Shown here: positions 54,692-64,000 of the stretch, one piece after another
Layout of the letters: the number at the start of each line of letters is the position of its first letter
Position numbering within the stretch: the stretch's first letter is position 1
Origin: Macrostomum lignano
Lineage: Eukaryota
Reading direction: 5' to 3'
Assembly (NCBI GenBank): GCA_002269645.1
Contig: NIVC01000353.1
Span: 186,001-250,000 of the forward strand
DNA length: 64,000 nucleotides
Position numbers and translations under genes: made by a program
Notes under the pieces: model-generated
The model's input: the letters and a program-made list of their open reading frames with translations, nothing else
Database searches by the model: none
Told to the model about the DNA's origin: nothing

Positions 54692-57176
54692 CTAAAACTG
54701 CCCCTTAGCCCAGTCAGTCAAATATACGCAACCAATTGGCGATATTTCGCCACCAATCCGACAGTCTGGCGCCACCGGGCACGACACGCAGGGGACTCGG
54801 ACGGCGCCGAAATCGCCGCTAGCCGGCAATTGACTCCTTGCTAATCGGTATAAACAACTCGATCCAGCGCCAGCGTACGGCCCCGGCCGGGTCTCTACAA
54901 CACCTTCCAAGGTTAGGGCGCGTAATACTCGACGTATATCGTCTAGGCTGAGAGCAACAGTGCTGACCCGCGACTGACCGATGAACTGCTGAACCTCCTC
55001 CAGGGTGGCAGACGCAGAGGTTGTAGCAGCTGATGTCGCCGCCGCCTCGGCTTTCCGACGCAGATACAGGGTGCACTGTTGGCAGAGCACGTCAACGAAT
55101 TCTTGATCGAATCCTTCGCCGGAGAAAAATGTGCCAGCCTGCAGAGAGGCGTCCGGTTCGAGTTCGAATAGCATGAAGATTTTCTTCTTGGCGTGACCTG
55201 CGGAATCCAAGCGGAGTGATTGGCATTCTGAGTCTGACATTGTAGAAATGGCATTCTGACACTGTAGAAATAGTATTCTGACATTGTAGAAATGGCATTC
55301 TGACACTGTAGAAATGGCATTCTGACACTGTGGAAATGGCATTCTGACACGGTAGAAATGGCATTTTGACACCGTAGAAATGGCGTTCTGACACGGTAGA
55401 AATGGCATTCTGACACTGTAGAAATGGCATTCTGACACTGTAGAAATGGCATTCTGACACTGTAGAAATGGCATTCTGACACTGTAGAAATGGCGTTCTG
55501 AAATTTTAGAAATGGCATTCTGACACTGTAGAAATGGCGTTCTGACATTTTAGAAATGGCATTCTGACACTGTAGAAATGGCGTTCTGACATTTTAGAAA
55601 TGGCATTCTGACACTGTAGAAATGGCGTTCTGACATTTTAGAAATGGCATTCTGACACTGTAGAAATGGCGTTCTGACATTTTAGAAATGGCATTCTGAC
55701 ACTGTAGAAATGGCGTTCTGACATTTTAGAAATGGCATTCTGACACTGTAGAAATGGCATTCTGACACTGTAGAAATGGCATTCTGACACTGTAGAAATG
55801 GCATTCTGACACTGTAGAAATGGCATTCTGACACTGTAGAAATGGCATTCTGACACTGTAGAAATGGCATTCTGACATTTTAGAAATGGCATTCTGACAC
55901 TGTAGAAATGGCATTCTGACATTTTAGAAATGGCATTCTGACATTGTAGAAATGGCATTCTGACATTGTAGAAATGACATTCTGACACTGTAGAAATGGC
56001 ATTCTGACACTGTAGAAATGGCATTCTGACATTTTAGAAATGGCATTCTGACACTGTAGAAATGGCATTCTGACATTTTAGAAATGGCATTCTGACATTG
56101 TAGAAATTGCATTCTGACACTGTAGAAATGGCATTCTGACATTGTAGAAATGGCATTCTGACACTGTAGAAATGGCATTCTGACATTTTAGAAATGGCAT
56201 TCTGACATTGTAGAAATTGCATTCTGACACTGTAGAAATGGCATTCTGACATTGTAGAAATGGCATTCTGACACTGTAGAAATGGCATTCTGACATCTGA
56301 CACTGTAGAAATGGCGTTCTGACATTTTAGAAATGGCATTCTGACACTGTAGAAATGGCATTCTGACACGGTAGAAATGGCATTCTGACACTTATCAACC
56401 ACAAGCATCTTACCAACAGGTCGCACAATCTTAACCAGCTTTTTAGCCTCCAAACTGTTCAAACATTTGCCAATTTCTCGTTGCGGCATCGCGCTCCTGC
56501 TCTGCAGCTGCTGGGCAGAGGCACCTTTATTCCCGAATGCTCGCAATTGCTCATAAACCATGACCTCTTTAGTGTCCAGTCCATCCAGTCTCCGGTCGGC
56601 GCTAGCGTCTCGAAGTCGCCACAACAGTTCCCGATTGGCTGTCTGTAGCACTTCAAGTTTACCTGACTGTGTGAGCTGATTGATGCACTGAATAATACGG
56701 TCCATTGGCAGGTCGGATAGGTGACTGCGCAATGCCGCCTGGTTTATGCCAGCCGGGAGCTGACCCGCCAGGTTGAGGAGTCTAAATGATGTTTAAAACA
56801 AGAATAACTAATAGTTAATCCAAAAGCTTCATACGGCTGTTCAGTCCAAGGACTGAGAAAGGAAGGTTGAGTCAAGAACTCAAATTGTTCTGGGATGGTT
56901 GAGAATCGAATTTATGACCTTTTATTTATTTATGAGTGAAAATCAAATGCTCCAACCACTAGGCTACAACCTCAGCCAAAAGAAGTACTAGCAATATTTG
57001 AAGGATCCTCTTTTAAAAAGAGAAGTTTCTTCCTTTTCAGAATGTCTTTTTTGTTAACTATGCCTAATCTTAGTCCTTTGATGAGATGCCACTATGCTTA
57101 CAATGCAAAATATTATGAGTTACAATTACCTGGTTTGTATATCATCAGGATCTGGCTTAACTGTAGCAGTACTCAT
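54692..57176 (-). CDS. POLR3F: RNA polymerase III subunit RPC6/C34, 3 exons, about 306 aa
   Basis: Exons 57176-57130, 56781-56414, 55197-54692 total 921 nt in phase. Winged-helix motifs GNKGA..LNSLEAKKLVK, KKKIFMLFELEPD, FDQEFVDVLCQQC, and the Fe-S motif PCVSCPVAPDCRIGGEISPIGCVYLTDW. Confidence 0.96.
55225..56390. repeat. 22-bp minisatellite (GTAGAAATGGCATTCTGACACT) filling POLR3F intron 2
   Basis: Direct reading. Confidence 0.97.
56820..56977 (-). mobile_element. Degenerate tRNA-derived SINE in POLR3F intron 1
   Basis: Minus strand GGCTGAGGTTGTAGCCTAGTGGTTGGAGC (A box TAGCCTAGTGG), a degenerate B box AATTCGATTCTC, then a GACTCAACCTTCC body. Confidence 0.55.
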
Positions 57177-58330
57177 TTTTAGTTTAATTATTAGCGCAAT
57201 AAATTTACCAGGAAATTAAAGATGCAAAAACAATGATAACATGAATTACTGTAAAAATGCATTGTGCACTTCTGAATGCTGACATATATAGCATATAATA
57301 AGAATAGACTAGGCATTTTAGTCAAGAGAACATTTCTGCTATAATAGCAGTATAAATGTATAATCATGTTAAGTCAAATTCAAATTTTTAATTTGATTCA
57401 ATTTTTAACCTTTTAATTGGCTTGAACCCTTCTTATAAATATGCATCTCAGTTTGAAATTGTTCAGTCAAGCTTTTGTTTGTTTATATAAATTTCTAATA
57501 TATATTCATATATACTCATAGCACAAATATGGTCTCTAATGCAGTTGGTGCATAATCATGGCACACAAGGGGTTTCTAATACACTCATTGCACAATCATG
57601 GCATACATTCAGGTCTCTAGTGTGTGTGATACATATTTTTGGCAAATTGTTTTAAAACATGTAATTATTTGTTAATACTACTTTTATTTTCAAATGTCCA
57701 GTTTCTATGTATGTTTTATAGGCTATAAGACAGTTCAATAAATAGATATTGTTGTTACAGGTTGCCTTAATGGTTAAGGATTCATTTAAAAAGTAAGATA
57801 TTAGAATAATAGAATAGTAAAGTAGGAAAGCCAAAAGTAAAGTTCTAGAAGATATAAGCATAGAAATAATGTATAAAAGCATATTGATATATAAAAATAG
57901 CATATTGATGGCACATAGGCAGTGCATAGATCATACCCTAAAAATATATTCATTGCATCTGCAAGGGAGAGAAATTGGCACACTTTCAAAGTAGGTCACA
58001 AGCATACACAATACATTGTCATCACTTTCTTGACTATGAGAGTAGAGATAGTCTAAGACCACTCAAGATTTTAGGTCCTAAGGTAATTAGCTAAAACATA
58101 TATTACAGGGCTAAAGCTTCTGTCCTCTAGAATAATAATTTCATTGCTGACACAAAGTTGTAGTAGTCCTCTTTGTTCTCTTTTAATGCTACCAAAATTG
58201 TGCAAGGGGTTGAATTCTATCCTTCTCTTCTTAGAATTGGTCTAAGCATTAGTCTGAGTAATTGTCTTAGTATATCTGACCTGATTAATCTAATAACTAT
58301 TCTTAGTATAAGTCTAAGTATTTATCTAAG

Positions 58331-58639
58331 TCATACATGCGCAACTGCTGGCCGACCTGGCCGATCTGGCCACCGTAAATTGTGGTGGACCAGGGGTAAG
58401 TCGCAAAAATGCCACCCCAAAGAATACAGAGTAGTACTAATTAGATGCCGAGGCATTTAGAGCTAATAAGACAGTCATAGTTACTCCTGCCGTTTACCCA
58501 AATAAGCGTTAATTTTGCTTTAGGGTTTCTTTCACAGGTAAGTTGCATTTTTGGTCAAAAAGTAAGTCGCATGGCCAGTGTAAATCAGGGGGGTTGCGCA
58601 TGTATGAATTCTAAGTACTGGTAACCCCTTATACTAGTA
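58331..58639. mobile_element. Non-autonomous element with 15-bp inverted repeats, a 64-bp 28S rRNA-derived core and a 3' hairpin (MITE or Helentron/DINE-1-like)
   Basis: TCATACATGCGCAAC (58331-58345) and GTTGCGCATGTATGA (58593-58607) are perfect inverted repeats. 58436-58499 matches the reverse complement of the recalled 28S R2-target region at 54/64. An 8-bp-stem hairpin lies at 58616-58639. Confidence 0.8.
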
Positions 58640-59408
58640 GCATTCTTAGTGTTATTTTGGCCTAAGTGGTATTATTACTATTTTCCCACTGGTATATATG
58701 TTGCATGTATTCCCTTCCCAGTCCTAAATGTTTCTAGGATCAGAGGGTCACAGCCTCAATGTTCTATATAATACTGCTAGGATCTACTTTTTATTCCTCC
58801 CTACTGGTTATCTATTTCTCAGTAGTATATACAGTATATTATCCTATTTCACTTCACTAGAAAATGAATTAACTCAAAAAACACTTCTCAATTATTTGCT
58901 TAGAACACTCTGTATCAATCACTTATTAACTTTTTTATATTTGCTTGAACCGTGGGAGGCAAGTTGGTTTCCTCCACTAAAACTTGCTCCTATCTAAATA
59001 TACTAAATCTTTTATACTAAATTTACTGATAGTTTTGAATGAAAAATTAATTTGCAAAAATCTTACAAAAAATATGTACAGTATAACAAAATGTATTTCT
59101 TAGATTTGGCATGCATTCAAAAGTGTACTAATTGTTATAATTGAAAGAAATGGGGAACCCTTTACATATACTTTTGTTGGCTTTTTTGAAAAAAATAATT
59201 GCTAAACTATAGCTAAACTTATATCATTTTTGTAGTATTACGAGTATTTGAAATGGCATTCATATACAATATTATTTTACTATAATGCAAATTATTCCAA
59301 GATCAATATCAAAAGTAGCATAGCTATTTTAAAAATCTTTTGATAAAGCTATTGCTAGTGACCTTTATTGGAATAAGTGGACAAAAGGCATCCAATTGTC
59401 TATTACAA

Positions 59409-60072
59409 TGTAGTGAGGCGCTAGTTTATGGTTGGCGTCTCTGTTCTCAGCCCCAGTCTCTCGGCTGTGGGCTGTCTCTGTTTCGCTCCCGTCCTGTTTT
59501 CCGTCTTGTGAGCAAGTCACATGACAGTTCTCTGCGTTCTTCAAGTCCTAAAGTGCAGTAAACATGTTTACTGCACTCGTTGGCCCTGTTTACCGGGTGA
59601 GTCACATGCTTTCGGACCCCTCCCTTCTCTAAGGAGAGGAGTGACTCATGTTGCTAAAAATAGCAACTGAGTCACAGCTGCGTGTACTCTGGCCGGGGAC
59701 CTCAAGTGACGTCAGTTCTAAAAATAGAACAAGTCACGAGGTCTTCTGCACGCTTGTACCCTGCCCAAGACTCTTGAGTAAAGTCAGTTCTAAAAATAGA
59801 ACAAGTCACAAGGTCTCCTGCGTGGGTGTTTCCCGGCTATAAATAGGAGCTCTCTCCCCCTTGTTTCTGTCAAGGAGTCTTCTTTCTGTTCAACCTCGAG
59901 TTCTACATCTGCATGTGACCAAATCCCCGAGTGTCCGAGCCTTTGCGCGTATTGACTCTATTCCTATTGCTCCGACTGAAACCCGACCAAGTCAACTCAA
60001 GTCTACGAGAGACTAACTCAGCCCTCCCTCTACCATCCTAGCCCGGCAGGTACTGCTGACGAGACGCCCTAT
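59409..60072 (+). repeat. 5' LTR of the Gypsy element (3' boundary approximate)
   Basis: TGTAG start, duplicated 27-bp block at 59711 and 59783, TATA at 59838-59845. The end is inferred from CGCCCTA near 60070 and no clear PBS was found. Confidence 0.65.
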
Positions 60073-60203
60073 CTGTTGCGCTCTAAATCTGCACGCTGTG
60101 CTGTGTTCGTTGACTTCATTATTTCGTTCCAACGGGAAGCTCCAAGTTTACTCCAAGTCAGGACATTCATGTCTGGCTTGCCGCGTTCGAGCAGCGTTGC
60201 GAG

Positions 60204-61025
60204 ATGGAGTGCATAGTCGACCCGTTCGAGATGAAGCAACACCTCATCGCGAGTCTTGATTTGGCTACTGCATATCCTTCTTTGCTTAGTATGAATCTTC
60301 CGCGTTTCGCCAGCTACGAGGAGGTCAAGCAGCGTCTGATTGAGCGATTTGCCCGTCATGGTGGTGCTGATGAGTATCGAGAACTGTTGCGACGTCGTCA
60401 ACAAGGCAAGAATGAGTCAGCAGAAGAGTTTGCTGACGCCCTGAGAACTCTTGGTGAACGTGCGTATCCTTGGATGCACCCTGAAGACTGTGAGAAGGAG
60501 ATTGCGGATCAATTTCTCGCTGGTATCTGGACGACGCCAGACCTGCGCGAACGGCTGCACTGGGTTCGCCCGAACAATCTTCTTGCTGCGATTCGAGAAC
60601 TACGACGACTAGAAGGCGCCAAAGAATTGGCGCAACGAACCGCTCAACCCCCGGTTAGGATGTTGGACGGGGAGGAGGACGGCGACCCGAAACCCGACGT
60701 CACCGCCCAAGCCTTGCTGACTCTAACCGACTTGATCGAGAAGCAGCAGCGAATGCTTGATCACCTGGTGCAGCGTGACCAACAGCAGAAGAACAGCCCG
60801 CCGGCGAAGGCTATAATCTGCTATAGCTGCGGACAGCCCGGTCATCGCAACACCCAGTGCCCGATGCGCCAGAACCAGGGAAACGACCAGGCGGAGAGCG
60901 ACAACGGCACCGCCCTCCGCGAGGTCCAAGCCCAGGCTACTTGGCAGACTCCGAGAGGTCACCAGAAGAAGAGGATGTCGGCTGCGCAGGCGCCAATGCC
61001 CAGTCCGACAGTCGCTCGCCAGTAA
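60204..61025 (+). CDS. gag: Gypsy Gag with CCHC zinc knuckle (true N-terminus probably disrupted near 60110-60150)
   Basis: Upstream in-frame KFTPSQDIHVWLAAFEQRCE, then RRRQQGKNESAEEFADALR, DQFLAGI and CYSCGQPGHRNTQC. Confidence 0.9.
   Translation: MECIVDPFEMKQHLIASLDLATAYPSLLSMNLPRFASYEEVKQRLIERFARHGGADEYRELLRRRQQGKNESAEEFADALRTLGERAYPWMHPEDCEKEIADQFLAGIWTTPDLRERLHWVRPNNLLAAIRELRRLEGAKELAQRTAQPPVRMLDGEEDGDPKPDVTAQALLTLTDLIEKQQRMLDHLVQRDQQQKNSPPAKAIICYSCGQPGHRNTQCPMRQNQGNDQAESDNGTALREVQAQATWQTPRGHQKKRMSAAQAPMPSPTVARQ
60878..60925 (+). promoter_or_regulatory. -1 programmed ribosomal frameshift signal (G GGA AAC plus GC-rich stem)
   Basis: The heptamer is in correct X XXY YYZ phase in gag and a -1 slip enters the protease frame. 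Stem GCGGAG (60891-60896) pairs with CTCCGC (60915-60920) 6 nt downstream. Confidence 0.75.
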
Positions 61026-64000
61026 GTGACGCGGAGTGCGGAGGTTTCGTGGACACCTCCCCGAATCAAAAAATCCATGCGCGTGAGGCCGATCCGTACG
61101 TCACAGGTCGAGTAGCGAGTCGAGAAGTCCCTTTCTTGCTAGACAGCGGCAGTCGGAAAAACTTCCTTGGTTCGTCAACCTGGGCCGCTATTAGACGCCG
61201 GATGCCTCGTTGTATTATATCGCATGCTAATCCCGATTGCGTAACTACTCGTATGTATGATGGGACGCAGCTCCCACTTGCTTGTAAGGTGACCATCCCC
61301 GTGGAGTTTGGTGATGTCGTCGCGGACACCGAATTCCTCGTCACGGTCTCCGATTGTGAAAACTTGCTTGGCGTATCGTTTATGTGAGAGCACTGCCAGA
61401 ACTTGGACTTCGCTCAAGGAATGCTAACGTTCAACAATGGCACGTGCATCCCTGTTCGTTATTCGCGTCGTGAGCTTCAAACCTGCCGAGTGTACACCTC
61501 CGAGAAGTGCACCCTGCCGCCTAGAAGTTCAGCGCTGATTCCCGTCAGATTGGATGACGGCCATTCCGAGAATCGAGGATCGCCATCAATTGTCGAGCTG
61601 GTTAAGTCGAGGCTGCATCCCAGTTGCAACGTTCTGGAAGCAGCGCCTGCTCTGATGACGATGCCTGAAGGTCGCGGCTATCTTGAGGTCGTCAACACCG
61701 CCGACAGCGAGGTGTTCCTGCAGGCCGGTATCCGTGTTGGTGTTGCGACGCCACTCCGAACTGCCGACCTGATGTACTTGAGCGAGACGCCCGAACCTGA
61801 AGTGCGACAGCTGTCGAAGAGTCCTGAAGAGTCGAGCACAGCATGGCTAGATGAAGTCGAGATCAACAGCGAATTGTCCAAAGAACAACATCAGCGAGTG
61901 CGAGATCTACTAGTTGAATGTCAAGCGGCCTTCTCCAAGCACCTGCTAGACGCCGGCCTGACTCACCTGGTGACCCACGAGATCGTCCTGAAAGATCGGA
62001 CACCAGTTGCGCTACCACCGCGCAGAATCCCGCCTCATCTGAAGGACAAACTCGACGCCCTGCTAGACGAGATGCTGACGAAGCACATCATTCGCCCTGC
62101 CTACTCGAGCTACAATTCGCCAATGCTCATCGTGCCCAAGAAGGACGGCAACATCCGGCTAGTCCACGACTTCAGAGCTCTCAACGACAGGTGTGTGTAT
62201 CACCCGTATCCGCTGCCGCACATCCAGGAAACCTTCGCGAAGCTTTGTGGTGCTCAGTGGTATTCCAGCTTGGACCTTGCTCAAGGATTCTGGCAGATCC
62301 CGCTGCGCGACTGCGACCAGCACTTGACGGCATTCTCAGTGATCGACCGCGGCCAATTCTGTTTTAACGTTCTACCGATGGGTCTCCACGACAGTCCCGG
62401 CAGCTTTCAGCGTTGCATCCATAAGCTCCTGGACGGCCTGACGCCAAAGACTGTGCTTGGCTATATGGACGACATCGTGGTGCACTCAGTGACTTTCGAG
62501 GAACAGCTGGATAACTTGCGAACTGTACTCCAGCGCATCATCGCAGCCAACCTCAAAGTGAAACCGAAGAAGTGTCATTTGTTCCTCAAGGAGCTGCATT
62601 ATTTAGGTCACGTCGTGACTCCCGACGGGCTGAAGACCTGTGAGGACAAGATTGCGCAGATCCGTGATTGGCCCGTGCCACAGTCCGTTACTCAACTGAG
62701 ACAATTCCTAGGCCTCGCCAATTACTACCACAAGTTTGTCGACGGCTACGCTGGAGTGGCTGCGCCGCTGCATGCCCTGACGCGAAAGGACATTGGCAGC
62801 CTGCGGCAGCATTGGACTCCCGAGCATCAGGTAGCGTTTGACACTTTGAAGAAGAAATTGTGTTCTACTGAAGTTCTCGCTCTGCCTGAATTTAATACTG
62901 ATCCTGCTGTGAAGTTTGTCCTCGACACGGATGCCTCTGATATTCGAATAGGCGCTTGCTTTGGACAACTGCAATCCGACGGCGTCGAACGTCCAATTGC
63001 ATTCTTTAGCCGTAAACTTCGCGATCCTGAGAAGCGCTACACGGTCACGAAGAGCTGCTTGCAATTGTGGACGCTATGCGACATTTCCGTCATTATTTAA
63101 TTGGCAAGAAGTTTGAAGTTCGATTCGATCATCGGGCCTTACTGTGGTTACTGAACCAGACTCAGGCCACAGGTATTTTAGGCCGCTGGATCGAACGCCT
63201 AAGCGAGTTCCGCTTCCAGCTCAACCACCGCAAAGGCAAGGACCACGCCAACGCTGATGCCCTGTCAAGAAGACCGGAGGCGCCGCCGATCTCCTTCGAG
63301 CATGGCCGACTGCTAGAGCAACCTGGTTCTACAGCCCGACCACGACCTGGAACCGGATTTGGACCCGACACCCGAGGCCACTGCCAGAGCAGCCCTCCAG
63401 AAGACAGTCCAAGCTCGCTGCTTGGAGGCCGAGACTGACCTGGACGAAGACCTGGAAGCCACCGCGCCAGCAGCCTTCCAACACGATGCCCACCGCTGCA
63501 GTCAACGCCTGGAGACCGGCCTGGACGACAACTCAGAGGCCACTGCGACAACAGCCCTCTGCCGCGATGCCCATGCCGCCTACCGCAACTTGGAGACCAA
63601 CCTGGACGAAGACCTTGAGGCCACTGTGGACACAGACCTCCTTGACGACGCCCAAGACTTCAGGTCTCGATTCTGGAAACGCCCACGGACCAAGATTCAA
63701 AGGCCACCGCACCAGCAGCCCTTCTGATGACGGCCCGCAACGCAACTCCAGGCAAGCAATTTAACTACAACCCTTCTGAGCCTTTCGCTGGGATTTCTCG
63801 CCGTGTTGACAGAGGCCAGAATCTTGCGCCAGCTGCAAGGTCGAAGCTCTGTCCCCCGGGCCGACAGACAGCTGCTCATCGCCTGTGCGGAAAGTCGAGT
63901 CCCCCTTTGGAGAAGACTCACCCAATTTTGACGACGACTGAGCCGACGGCTACGGCTGCCTGCGACGAGGCGTGTTTCACGTGTTGCGTCCCGCCCTACA
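60878..64000 (+). pseudogene. pol: Gypsy Pol (PR-RT-RH) in the -1 frame, disrupted by TGA at 61385-61387 and frameshifts near 63050, 63320 and 63690
   Basis: ORFs 60857-61387 and 61403-63100 share one frame separated by a single TGA. RYTVTK then shifts frame to ELLAIVDAMRHF. Confidence 0.9.

Larger units (their letters stand above)
59409..64000 (+). mobile_element. Ty3/Gypsy LTR retrotransposon (5' LTR, gag, PR, RT, RNase H), lightly decayed; integrase and 3' LTR lie beyond the window
   Basis: LTR starts TGTAGTGA with a TATA at 59838. Gag has CYSCGQPGHRNTQC; protease FLLDSGS; RT YNSPMLIVPKKDG..LDLAQGFWQI..FNVLPMGL..YMDDIVV; RNase H DTDASD..FRHYLIGKKFEVRFDHRAL..HANADALSR. Confidence 0.97.

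Noticed and set aside
58073-58084. GGTCCTAAGGTA, the bacterial 23S I-CeuI core, 250 bp from the 28S-core element
   Set aside because: Only 12 bp with no flanking similarity; compatible with chance.
63990-64000. Window ends in CCCTACA, resembling an LTR terminus
   Set aside because: The preceding sequence does not match the 5' LTR and the integrase has not yet appeared, so this is treated as chance.

Overview
Eukaryotic (animal) genomic DNA with GC-rich exons, very AT-rich intergenic DNA and internal introns filled with 21-33 bp minisatellites. This organisation suggests a free-living flatworm such as Macrostomum, but the taxon is an inference. Five conserved spliced genes were reconstructed by hand with phase-consistent GT-AG introns: TMEM63/OSCA channel (+, 9614-22051), GCLM (+, 31690-35251), BiP/HSPA5 (-, 38171-41289, with a perfect ERSE upstream), MFSD1 (-, 46252-52969) and POLR3F/RPC6 (-, 54692-57176). 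There is also a multi-exon orphan gene with weak C9orf43-like motifs (-, 25831-30659) and a DUF4806-like pseudogene. Mobile DNA includes a decayed K02A2.6-type Gypsy fragment, an internally deleted hAT element with TIRs and an 8-bp TSD, a solo-LTR-like element, a tRNA-SINE remnant and a near-complete Ty3/Gypsy element running off the right edge. The most unusual observation is a small inverted-repeat-bounded element present twice (58331-58639 and 32322-32663). Its core is a 64-bp piece of 28S rRNA around the R2/I-PpoI target, with the cleavage motif itself altered. Most long ORFs in the supplied track are artefacts of tandem repeats. All homology calls come from recalled motifs; no database search was run.
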